Shown: piece after piece, positions 1 to 8,522 of the stretch
Position numbering within the stretch: the first letter of the stretch is position 1
Layout of the letters: every line of letters begins with the position of its first letter
Assembly: GCA_046756565.1 (NCBI GenBank)
Contig: JBHHWO010000001.1
Coordinates: 18,332 to 82,331 of the forward strand
Length of the DNA stretch: 64,000 bases
Source of the DNA: Thermoanaerobaculia bacterium
GTDB lineage: Bacteria > Acidobacteriota > Thermoanaerobaculia > Multivoradales > JAHEKO01
Direction of reading: 5' to 3'
Notes under the pieces: model-generated
What the model was told of the DNA's origin: nothing
Databases searched by the model: none
Seen by the model: the letters and a program-made list of their open reading frames with translations, nothing else
Program-made: the position numbers and the translations under genes

Positions 1-3000
1 ATCAGGTCGTCCTCGGCCGGGTTCTCGGTGGTGTCGACCCCCAGGACCGTCGCCACGACGTTGGAGGTCGTATTGGTGTGCGGACCGGCCTCGGCCGAGC
101 CGGGCACGCTCAGGGTCACGCTGAAGGTACAGATCTGCCCTGGAGTCAGAGTCGCCCCCGAGAAGGTCAGGAAGGTGTCGCCGTCGGTGCCCACCAGCAT
201 GCCGTCGCCGGGCGGACACAGGCCGGTCAGGGGCAGCCCGGTCGCCACCAGACCGGAAATCGCCGGGACCAGGGCATCCAGATCGTCGGTGAAGCCGACG
301 TCGACCGCATCGCCGGGAGCGTTCGGGTCGTGCTCGAGGGTGAACTCGAGAGTCACCGTCCCGCCCGGCTGCACCGGGTCGTCGGTGAATGCCTTGGTCA
401 GCCGCGGCGCTGCCACCAGGTCGAACGAGTCGGATGCAGGCAGTCCCGATACCGTTTCGGCGTCGACCGTGGCGGTGATGACCTCTGTCGTGTTGACGTA
501 GGTGCCCGTCGAAAGGCCGATCGGCAGGGTCAGGGTGACGTCGAAGCTGCACGAGTCCGGCGCCGTACCCAGAACGCCGTCGGTCAGCTCGAGACCCTGA
601 CGATCGGTCCCGAGACTGACGAGGGCGAGCGACGACGTGCCGTTGCACGGCGGATCCGGAACCGGAGGCAGGGTCACCGTCACCGGGAAGGGCAGGAAGG
701 TCGTCAGCTCGTCGACGAATGAGATGTCGGTCGCACCGGAGACCGTGCTGGTGTTGGAGATCGTGAAGCGAATCACCACATCGTCGCCGGGCCCGACCAC
801 CGGGTCGGGCAGCATCGTGGTCGCGTCCAGGAACTCCTTGGTCAGGACCGGCGCCGCCACGATCTTGAGAACGTCCTCCGCAGGATCTCCGGTCTCGGTG
901 ACCCCGTCGATCGTCGCCATGATCGAGCTGGTGGTGTTGGTGAAGCTGCCGTCCGTCACCGCGGGCAACTGGAGCGTGACGCTGAAGGTGCACGAGCCTT
1001 CGGCCGGCAGGCTCCCGCCCGAGAACATCAGAACGCCGCCGCTTTCGGCAAGAGTGCCGCCGCACTCGGCCCTGGGTAGGGCGTCGATCACCGTCACCCC
1101 GGTGAGACCACCCATGGGATCGATCGTGTCGGTGAACTCGATATCCGTCGCCGGAAAGTCACGGCTCGGGTTGTTGATCTCGAACTCGAGGGTCACCATA
1201 GTTCCCGGGGCCACCGGATCGTCGGTGAACGACTTGATCAGGAAATCTTTCTGGGCATCGAGAACGGCGGTGGCAAAGCCGGCCGAGAGGAACGTGGAGA
1301 TGTCCGGGTCGAGGTCGAGCTCGCCGCTGACGTTCTCGTAGAGCCCCTCCACCGCTGCGGTCACGTCGACCGTCACCGTACAGGTCGCTCCGCCGTCCAA
1401 CGCCGGGAAGGCGGGCAGGAGGCCCGCCGCAACAAGAGTGATGACCCCGGTTCCGGGATTCGCGGTCACGGTCGGCGGAATCGTCGCGGTCCCGCAATCG
1501 CTCAGCGCGTTCGGAAGCGTCGCGACCACCAGGCCGGCCGGCAGGTTATCGGTGAATCCCAGGAATAGAAGATCGGCCGCGTTGGCCGTGTTGTCGATGG
1601 TGAAGGTGAGCGTGCTGGTGCCGCCGGGCGGAATCACCGCTGGCGCAAAGCTCTTCGAGAATCCCGGCTTCGCGGCGTCCACCGTCAGGGTGGCCGCGGC
1701 GGTTCCACCGCTTCCTACGCTGGAGGTCAGCTCTCCGCTCAGGTTGTCGTAGGTCCCGGCCGTGGCCGCGGTCACGTTGACCGTGACCGTGCAGGTCGTG
1801 CCCAGACCGAGCCGGGCGCCGGAAAGGCTGATCGTCGTGCCGCCGTCTGGAGCGGACAGGAAGCCGTCGGTGCAGTCGGTCAAGGCGCTCGAGGGCGTGG
1901 CGATCACGACCCCGGCGGGCAGAACATCGGTGAAAGCGACTTCCTCGGCCAGAACGATCGAGTCGATGTTGGTGATCGTGAACTCGAGCTGGGTGGTGCT
2001 CCCGGGACCGATGGTGTCGGGCAGGAACACCTTCGAGAACTCGAGAGGCCCGGTGACGACCAGATCGGCGGTCGCCGGAGGGGCCACCGCGAGGCCGTTT
2101 TCGGTGAGGTCACTGGTGGTGTTGACGTGTGTGGCCACCGGCACTCCGGGCTGCACCAGGACGTCGACGTCGAACGAGCAGGTGCCGCCGCTTCCAGCCA
2201 GCTGGCCGCCGGTGAAGGTCAAGAACGATGTTCCATCGATTTGCGACCCGGTGCCGCAGACGTCGCTCTTCGGGAGCCCGGTCGCCACCAGACCAGGAGC
2301 GACCGCGTCGAGATCGTCGAAGAAGGCGAGATTGATCACCGAGATCGCGCCCGGATTGGTGATCGTGAAGGTCAAGACCGCCGTTTCGCCGACCTCGACC
2401 GGACCGTCGAAGGACTTGCTGAAAGCCAGCAGGTCGAAGACCGTCAGCTCGTCGCTCGCGGCATCGCCGTCAACCGCCAAGCTGTCGATCGTCCCGGTCA
2501 CGGCGCTGGTGGTGTTGGTGTAGATGTTGGCCGCGGCCCCTCCGGGAACGGTAAGCGAAACCCGGATCGTGCAGGAGCCACCGGCCGCGAGCGAGGCGTC
2601 GTCGACCGTGATCATGTCGGTTCCGGTGCCGGACACCGTCGCGCCGCAGTCTTGCGAAAGCACGCTGTCGAAGGTCAGGCCGGTGAGCGCCGCACCCAAA
2701 TCATCGGTGAAGTCGATGGCGGAGGCCGCTCGAGCCGGGTCGAGATTGGTGAGGGTGAACTCGAGAGTGACCGGGTCACCGGCAGCGACCGGGTCGTCGG
2801 TGAACTCCTTGGAGAGCTCGATCAGATTCGAGTCGACCGTCAGGACGTCGGTCGCGGGATCGACGGCAACCGCGCCGCCCTGGCTGGCAGACAGGTTGCT
2901 GGTCGTGTTGATGTAGGTGCCGTCGGCCGCTCCCGGAGGCACCAGGACTTCGACCTCGATCGTGCACATCTCTCCGGAGAGGACGCCGCCGCCGACGTAG

Positions 3001-6000
3001 ATCAGGAACGTAGTCCCGCTGAGAGAGCCGCCGCAGTCGTTCACCGACGGCGCACCCGTGGCGGCGAGGCCGGTAAGCGCGGCGCTCAGGTTGTCGGTGA
3101 AGAAGGTGATCGTGGCATCCAGGGTCGGATGGACGTTCTCGATCGTGAAGCGCAGGGTCACGGTGTCACCCGCGATCACCGGGTCGCCGAGGAATTCCTT
3201 GCTGAACCTGAGGCCGCTGACGTCGAGGTCGTCCTCGGCCGGAAGCGAGGTCGCCGCGAGACCGCCGACCGTCGCGCCGACGTCGCTGGTCGTATTGGTA
3301 TAGCTGCCCGCGGCCGCGCCGGCGGGCACGTCCAGGGTCACGCTGAAGGTGCAGCTCTCCCCGGGCGAAAGGCTCCCACCCATGAATGTGAGCATCGTGG
3401 TGCCCGAAAGCGTTCCGGTGCCGGGATCGCCGCCGGGCCCGTCCGGGTCGCAGGCTTCGGTCAACGGTAGACCGGTCGCCGTCAGACCGGCGAGCACCGG
3501 GACCAGGTTGTCGGTGAAGCTGATCGCCGTGGCATCGGCGGACTGGTCCGGCGCGTGGCTCAAGGTGAACTCGAGCGTCACCGTGCCGCCGGGCGCCACC
3601 GGATCGCCGATGAAGGCCTTGGTCAGGCTGGGCGCGGCGATCACCTCGAGCGTGTCGCTCGCGGGATCGCCGGTCCGGGTCGCGCCGTCGACGGTCGCCG
3701 TCGGCTCCTCGGTAGTATTGAGATAGATCCCGGGCGGCAGACTCGCCGGGATCGTCAGAGTGACCTCGAAGGTGCACGAGCTCCCCGCCCCGGGGGCCGG
3801 GTCCAGGGTGCCGCCGGTGAGCGACAGCCCTTGCCGGCCGGTTCCCAGGCTGATCAGGTTCAGGGTCGAGCCGACCCCACAGGGCGGATTCGGAACCGGC
3901 GGCAGCGTCACCGACACCGGGAAAGGCAGGAAGCCGCCGGTCGGCCCACCGCCGACGAGAGTGCCTTCGGTCAGCTCGTCGACGAAGGCAACCAAAGTCG
4001 CTGCCGAGGTCGTGCTGGTGTTGGTGACCGTGAACCGCAGGATGACGTCGTCGCCCGCGTTGACGACCGGGTCCGCCGCCATGGTCGTCGCGTCCCGGAA
4101 CTCCTTGGTCAGAATCGGCACCGGTGCGACGAAGAGGTCGTCTTCGGCCATGTTGCCGGTGACCATCATTCCGTCCACGGTGCCGGTGACCGCGCCGGTG
4201 GTGTTGGTGTAGGCGCCCGGAGTCGTGCCGCCGGGCACCGACAGGCTGACCCTGAGGGTGCACGAGCTTTCCGGCGCAACCGTGGCGCCGCTCAGTCCGA
4301 TCGTGGTGCCGCCGACACCGGAGACCGAGCCACCGCAGTCGTTCGCCAGCACGCTCGAGAAGGTCAGGCCGGAGAGCGCGGGTACCAGGGTCGTCAAGTC
4401 ATCGCTGAACGCCACGCCGGTCGCGGCGAAGAGACGGTCGAAGTTGGTGATCGTGAACTCGAGGGTCACCGAGCTTCCCGGAGGCACCGGATCGTCGGTG
4501 AATTCCTTGGTCAGGTGAAGCGGGTCGGTGGTTACCTCAAGGGTGGCGCTGGCCTTACCGGCGGGAACGAAGTCCGCGAGAAGATCCTCGCTCACGTTTC
4601 CGAGCAGACCGGTGCCGGTGGCTACGACGTCGACCGTGACCGTGCAGGTCGCTCCGGCCGCGAGCGCCGGGAAAATGCCAATGCCATCGGCGTCCAGGAC
4701 GATGGTGCTGGTACCCGCAATCGCGGTAAGGCTGGGTGGCAGAACAACCGTGCCGCAATCCGTCGAGGCGTTGGCCGGATCGGCGATCTCCATCCCCAGC
4801 GGGAGATTGTCGGTGAAGTCGAGATTCAGGATGTTGGAGCCATTGGCCGAGTTGTCGATCGTGAAGGTCAGCGTGCTTCTACCACCCAAAGCCACGGTCG
4901 ACGGCGCGAAGCTCTTGGAGAAGCCCGGAAGGGTCGTCACAACCATCAGGTCGTCGGTCGCGAGCGTCGGCGTGGCGGTACCGCCGGCGATGCCGTCGGT
5001 CGAAGTCAGCTCGTTGGAGGTGTTGGCGTGAACGCCCGCTGTCGCCGAGGTCACGTCGACGGTCACTTCGCAGCTGCCGAACCCGGCCACGCTGCCGCCA
5101 AAGAAGCTGACGCTCGAGCCTCCGGCGGTCGCCTCGACCGTACCGCCACAGGTCGAAGTGGGATTCGGGAAATCGGCCACTGTGATGGCCGCCGGCAGAT
5201 CGTCGCTGAAGGTCAGAAGGCCGGCCGGAATGCCGTCGGGGTTGGTGATCGTGAAGGTCAGGGTCGTCGAGCTCCCCGGCCCGATCGTGTCCGGGTCGAA
5301 GAGCTTGGTGAATCCGAGGTTGGATTCGACCGTGGTCCGGTTGACGAAGGTGCAGGTGATCTCCTCGCCCGCCGACAGGTCGATGTCGTCCGGAAAGCCT
5401 TCCGAGCAAGTCTCCGAGACCAATTCCCAGCCGCTCGGCACGGTCTCGACCACCTCGTAGATCGCTGGGAGAAGGAACCTCATGTAGGGCGGGTCCTCGT
5501 CGGTGAGACCGAAGGAGTCGACCGGCGCGACCTCGACGATGTTGAGGTCGAAGTCGAAGCTGGTCGGATCTCCTCGAGGCTCGGTGACCTTGTCGACGAT
5601 GATCTTGCCGGCCAACGAGTTTTCGAAGGTACAGGTTACGGTTTCCGCACCGTCGACGACGATGGTGGCGGTTCCGCTCCCGAGCTCCACGGACGAGTTG
5701 CCGTCGTCGCAGTCGATGTCGGTCAGGATCCAGCCGGGGACCGGGGCTTCGGTCACAGTGTAGGTGCCGGCCGGGACGCTGAAGGTCATCATGCTGGGTA
5801 GTGTGATGTCGGCGTCGTCATCCAGATCGAAATCGCCGATCGGAGCGGAGCCGCTGAAGCTGAAATCCTGAGCGTTTGGAGAGGGGATCGCATCCTTGAC
5901 GATGACGACGGCGGGGCCCACCACGCCCGCGAAAGCCGCCGGCGTGCCCGCGGCCGCCAGGATCGTCACGAGCAGCAGAGATAGAAGACCCTCGGAGCGG

Positions 6001-6035
6001 GAACCGCGGCGTTGAATGCGTCTATCGAAACCCAT
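1..6035 (-). CDS. Giant repetitive secreted/cell-surface protein, 3' end cut by the window edge (at least 2011 aa visible). Built from tandem ~130-aa DUF11-like (conserved repeat domain, Ig-like) units.
   Basis: ATG at 6035..6033 with GGGAGAAG upstream. I hand-translated three spots in this one frame. N-terminus: MGFDRRIQRRGSRSEGLLSLLLVTILAAAGTPAAFAGVVGPAVVIVKD (signal peptide). Positions 3561-3650: LEVIAAPSLTKAFIGDPVAPGGTVTLEFTL. Positions 3-59: VVATVLGVDTTENPAEDDL. No listed minus-strand ORF occupies this frame over 6 kb, consistent with one open-ended ORF. The motif LTK.F..DPV.PG..VTLEFT recurs about every 400 bp, at least 11 times judged from antisense VNSRVT-like strings. Confidence 0.8.
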   Translation of the reverse strand, partial: MGFDRRIQRRGSRSEGLLSLLLVTILAAAGTPAAFAGVVGPAVVIVKDAIPSPNAQDFSFSGSAPIGDFDLDDDADITLPSMMTFSVPAGTYTVTEAPVPGWILTDIDCDDGNSSVELGSGTATIVVDGAETVTCTFENSLAGKIIVDKVTEPRGDPTSFDFDLNIVEVAPVDSFGLTDEDPPYMRFLLPAIYEVVETVPSGWELVSETCSEGFPDDIDLSAGEEITCTFVNRTTVESNLGFTKLFDPDTIGPGSSTTLTFTITNPDGIPAGLLTFSDDLPAAITVADFPNPTSTCGGTVEATAGGSSVSFFGGSVAGFGSCEVTVDVTSATAGVHANTSNELTSTDGIAGGTATPTLATDDLMVVTTLPGFSKSFAPSTVALGGRSTLTFTIDNSANGSNILNLDFTDNLPLGMEIADPANASTDCGTVVLPPSLTAIAGTSTIVLDADGIGIFPALAAGATCTVTVDVVATGTGLLGNVSEDLLADFVPAGKASATLEVTTDPLHLTKEFTDDPVPPGSSVTLEFTITNFDRLFAATGVAFSDDLTTLVPALSGLTFSSVLANDCGGSVSGVGGTTIGLSGATVAPESSCTLRVSLSVPGGTTPGAYTNTTGAVTGTVDGMMVTGNMAEDDLFVAPVPILTKEFRDATTMAADPVVNAGDDVILRFTVTNTSTTSAATLVAFVDELTEGTLVGGGPTGGFLPFPVSVTLPPVPNPPCGVGSTLNLISLGTGRQGLSLTGGTLDPAPGAGSSCTFEVTLTIPASLPPGIYLNTTEEPTATVDGATRTGDPASDTLEVIAAPSLTKAFIGDPVAPGGTVTLEFTLSHAPDQSADATAISFTDNLVPVLAGLTATGLPLTEACDPDGPGGDPGTGTLSGTTMLTFMGGSLSPGESCTFSVTLDVPAGAAAGSYTNTTSDVGATVGGLAATSLPAEDDLDVSGLRFSKEFLGDPVIAGDTVTLRFTIENVHPTLDATITFFTDNLSAALTGLAATGAPSVNDCGGSLSGTTFLIYVGGGVLSGEMCTIEVEVLVPPGAADGTYINTTSNLSASQGGAVAVDPATDVLTVDSNLIELSKEFTDDPVAAGDPVTLEFTLTNLDPARAASAIDFTDDLGAALTGLTFDSVLSQDCGATVSGTGTDMITVDDASLAAGGSCTIRVSLTVPGGAAANIYTNTTSAVTGTIDSLAVDGDAASDELTVFDLLAFSKSFDGPVEVGETAVLTFTITNPGAISVINLAFFDDLDAVAPGLVATGLPKSDVCGTGSQIDGTSFLTFTGGQLAGSGGTCSFDVDVLVQPGVPVATHVNTTSDLTENGLAVAPPATADLVVTGPLEFSKVFLPDTIGPGSTTQLEFTITNIDSIVLAEEVAFTDVLPAGVVIATPSSALTDCTDGFLSAPDGGTTISLSGARLGLGTTCTVTVNVTAATAGTYDNLSGELTSSVGSGGTAAATLTVDAAKPGFSKSFAPAVIPPGGTSTLTFTIDNTANAADLLFLGFTDNLPAGLVVATLPNALSDCGTATIPPTVTANPGTGVITLVAAGLLPAFPALDGGATCTVTVDVTAAVEGLYENVSGELDLDPDISTFLSAGFATAVLDAQKDFLIKSFTDDPVAPGTMVTLEFEINNPSRDFPATDIEFTDTIDPMGGLTGVTVIDALPRAECGGTLAESGGVLMFSGGSLPAEGSCTFSVTLQLPAVTDGSFTNTTSSIMATIDGVTETGDPAEDVLKIVAAPVLTKEFLDATTMLPDPVVGPGDDVVIRFTISNTSTVSGATDISFVDELTTFLPFPVTVTLPPVPDPPCNGTSSLALVSLGTDRQGLELTDGVLGTAPDSCSFDVTLTLPIGLSTGTYVNTTEVITATVDAETVSGLPASDSFDLVAAPRLTKAFTDDPVQPGGTVTLEFTLEHDPNAPGDAVDVGFTDDLDALVPAISGLVATGLPLTGLCPPGDGMLVGTDGDTFLTFSGATLTPGQICTFSVTLSVPGSAEAGPHTNTTSNVVATVLGVDTTENPAEDDL

Positions 6036-6230
6036 GGCTTCTTCTCCCTCGACCGCTGGCGAAACAGAGACTGTCGGCATTTCCCCCAAGACCGCCAGCT
6101 CATTCAAAAAGGTCCCGGTAGTCTAGCGCAGCCAACCGGATCGCATGACACTTCAGAGCGAGATTGCAGCGGAAAGTTTTTCCACACACATAGCCGGTCT
6201 TCGATGAGTTCCAGGTCCGCGCTCTGAACC

Positions 6231-8504
6231 TCAGGGGCTCGCGCTCTGTTCAGGCACGATCTCCACCCTGAAGCCGTTTCCCGTCGTGACCGAGAGCCCG
6301 TTGTGCAAGGCAATCAACTGCCCGGCGCGAAAGATCACCTCCGACGCCACCTCGAACCCGGCTCCGGCCGAAAGCGACTCGCAGGCGTGGAAGACCGTCG
6401 GCGTCTCGACTGTCTGAGGCCCTAGAGCAACATCGCCCTGGCAGGTCTCGAAGACCGCGGTGAGATCGCGGTTGCCGCCGATTGCGAAGTCCAGCACCAG
6501 ATCGAGGCTCACCCGAACCGCGCCCTCCTCCCAGCGCACGAACGCCGAGCCCGGAGCGGTCGTGGCGGCAAGCTCGAGAGCAATGCCGTCGGTGAAGATC
6601 TCGGCGCAATCACCGGCACAGTCGATACCGGCCGGATCGCTCGTGACCTGGCCCGCACCCGAGCCGGCGAGCGCCACCTCGATCTCGGAGACGGGAATCA
6701 AGGTCGCCGGCGCCACCGCCGTCGGAGTCAGAGCCATCGGTGAACCCGTCTCGAGCACGCCGAGGGTCAGCTGCAGATCGCCCGGCGCCGCGTTGGCATC
6801 GAAGGCGAAGTTGTACATGATGCCCCAGTCGAGCTCATTGCCGGCCGGCGCCGAAAAGGTGATACCTCCAGCATTGACGGTGGCCGCCCAATCGTTGCCG
6901 GTGACTCCGTCCTGATCTCCGAACCAGGCGTTCCAGACTGTCGCTCCCGGCGGTAACGGCACCGTGAACGAGTCGATTTGCCGATCGAAATCGAAGTTCA
7001 TGAGCGCATACTCGTAGTGGGTCAGGCCGGAGGGCAGCTGGGTCGCGATCACGGCCACCTTGAGCTCGCCTTCGTCCGGGTTGGTGGTGACGGTCACGTT
7101 AGCCGCGTTCGGCGGCGGCGCGACCGGATCCAACCAGGTGTCGAGCGCCGATCCGTTGGTGAGCGAGACATCGTCGAACGGAAATGTCCATGGACCGGGT
7201 GGATCGGGAGGGGGCGGAGGAACCGGAGGCGTAGGCAGCACGGCCCGGTGCCCCATGCTGTTGAAGATGTCGATGTCCTCCTGCACGACGTACCAGGCTT
7301 CGACGCGATACGAAGCACCCGGTATCGTGAGGTCCGCCACCGGGGCGGTGAGCCGATGCTCGAAACCGTCCGCATGGTCACCGTCGTCGTGACCGCGCAA
7401 ATCGTCCGGCGGCGGCCCGTCGAAGTGCGAGCCGGTCTTGTTCCAGGTGGTCGCCCAGTCCGTGCTGGACGCGGTGACCTCCTCGCGCGGCGCGAGATAC
7501 CTGCGGTTGGAGTTGGTTCCCGCTCCGTAGAGATCCGTGCAGTCGTTGAAGAGAACCTGATCCCACTGGCAGTCGCACGGCGGGGTGTTGGCCGAGAAGA
7601 AAGCGTGCTTGACGTCCGAGCGCCCGATCTGCTCGATCCTGCCGTTGAAGGTTCGATAAAGGTGCATGACCAGAAACGGATGTTGCCCGACCACGTTGAG
7701 TGGCGCGGTACCGTCCGGCGCGATCGAGCGAAACCACTTCACGTCGGCCGTCCCGACGTTTTGAAGGCGCACAGCGGGCGCCAGCGCCACCCGCGTCGCG
7801 TCGCAGTGCGCCTCGTCGACCGAGGTCATGCTCTCGAGCAGCACATCCACCGGTCCGCCGTAGTCGGGAACGCACGTCCCCCCCGCCCTGCTGATGCCTG
7901 GGGCCGAAGATCCGTCAATCTCCCGGTTCGTCACGCCCGCCCGAATGTGCGCCTCTCCTAGAGCCAGTCCCTCGAGCTCGGGCCGGCCGAGCCGTTCGGC
8001 AAGCTGCCCGGAGAGCCGCAGATCCATGTTCTGGAACAGGACCTCTTTTCCGTCCGCGCTCTGCTGGATATGCGGATTGTCGAGAACGAAGACCAGACTG
8101 CCGTCGACGGCCCGCATCTCGAACGCATTCGGCGGCAAGCCGGGATGAAGCTCGAAACCCACGAGTGAGATGCGATCCGGTGCCCAGAAGAGCTCAAAGC
8201 CTCCTTCGTGCGCGAGGCGGCCGGAGAGCGGGCCACGGTAGGAGCTCGAAGGCGAAGCGAGTCCGAGAATCGAAGACTCCGAGATCGTGAACGCCATGAA
8301 GCCGTCTCGAGTCTCGGGCGTAGCCGTCACCGCCCCAACGGAGATCGCCAGATCCGAGATCAGGTGATCGTTGAACCGAATCCGCGTCGTGCCTCCGGAG
8401 AGCTCGATCGATGGAGCGGCGATGCCCTGAGCCGGCAGACCGACCCCCAAGGCGATCCAGACCACACCAGCCAGGCGGAATTGCCACTGCATGGAGCCAT
8501 TCAT
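6231..8504 (-). CDS. Secreted hypothetical protein (~757 aa) with a proline-rich linker, an InlB B-repeat-like module and a C-terminal RAGQ..L.NG.SV..G.GF motif
   Basis: The track ORF is 6231..8864. The likely start is the internal ATG at 8504 (or 8492), giving MNGSMQWQFRLAGVVWIALGVGLPAQGIAAP (signal peptide). Contains PTPPVPPPPPDPPGP and GSGAGQVTSDPAGIDCAGDCAEIFTDGIALELAATTAPGSAFVRWEEG, which is Listeria-Bacteroides / InlB B-repeat-like. Confidence 0.7.
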   Translation of the reverse strand: MNGSMQWQFRLAGVVWIALGVGLPAQGIAAPSIELSGGTTRIRFNDHLISDLAISVGAVTATPETRDGFMAFTISESSILGLASPSSSYRGPLSGRLAHEGGFELFWAPDRISLVGFELHPGLPPNAFEMRAVDGSLVFVLDNPHIQQSADGKEVLFQNMDLRLSGQLAERLGRPELEGLALGEAHIRAGVTNREIDGSSAPGISRAGGTCVPDYGGPVDVLLESMTSVDEAHCDATRVALAPAVRLQNVGTADVKWFRSIAPDGTAPLNVVGQHPFLVMHLYRTFNGRIEQIGRSDVKHAFFSANTPPCDCQWDQVLFNDCTDLYGAGTNSNRRYLAPREEVTASSTDWATTWNKTGSHFDGPPPDDLRGHDDGDHADGFEHRLTAPVADLTIPGASYRVEAWYVVQEDIDIFNSMGHRAVLPTPPVPPPPPDPPGPWTFPFDDVSLTNGSALDTWLDPVAPPPNAANVTVTTNPDEGELKVAVIATQLPSGLTHYEYALMNFDFDRQIDSFTVPLPPGATVWNAWFGDQDGVTGNDWAATVNAGGITFSAPAGNELDWGIMYNFAFDANAAPGDLQLTLGVLETGSPMALTPTAVAPATLIPVSEIEVALAGSGAGQVTSDPAGIDCAGDCAEIFTDGIALELAATTAPGSAFVRWEEGAVRVSLDLVLDFAIGGNRDLTAVFETCQGDVALGPQTVETPTVFHACESLSAGAGFEVASEVIFRAGQLIALHNGLSVTTGNGFRVEIVPEQSASP

Positions 8505-8522
8505 ACTAGCGGTTCCTGTGAA

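Noticed and set aside
28-5801. A series of long + strand ORFs (e.g. 2127..3470 at 447 aa, 3555..5801 at 748 aa) and minus-strand ORFs in other frames (3166..4263).
   Set aside because: Their composition is Arg/Gly/Asp/Val-rich junk or repetitive VTV/SS strings with no motifs. They are antisense or off-frame shadows of the minus-strand repeat protein gene (frame from the ATG at 6035), which gives clean domain repeats.
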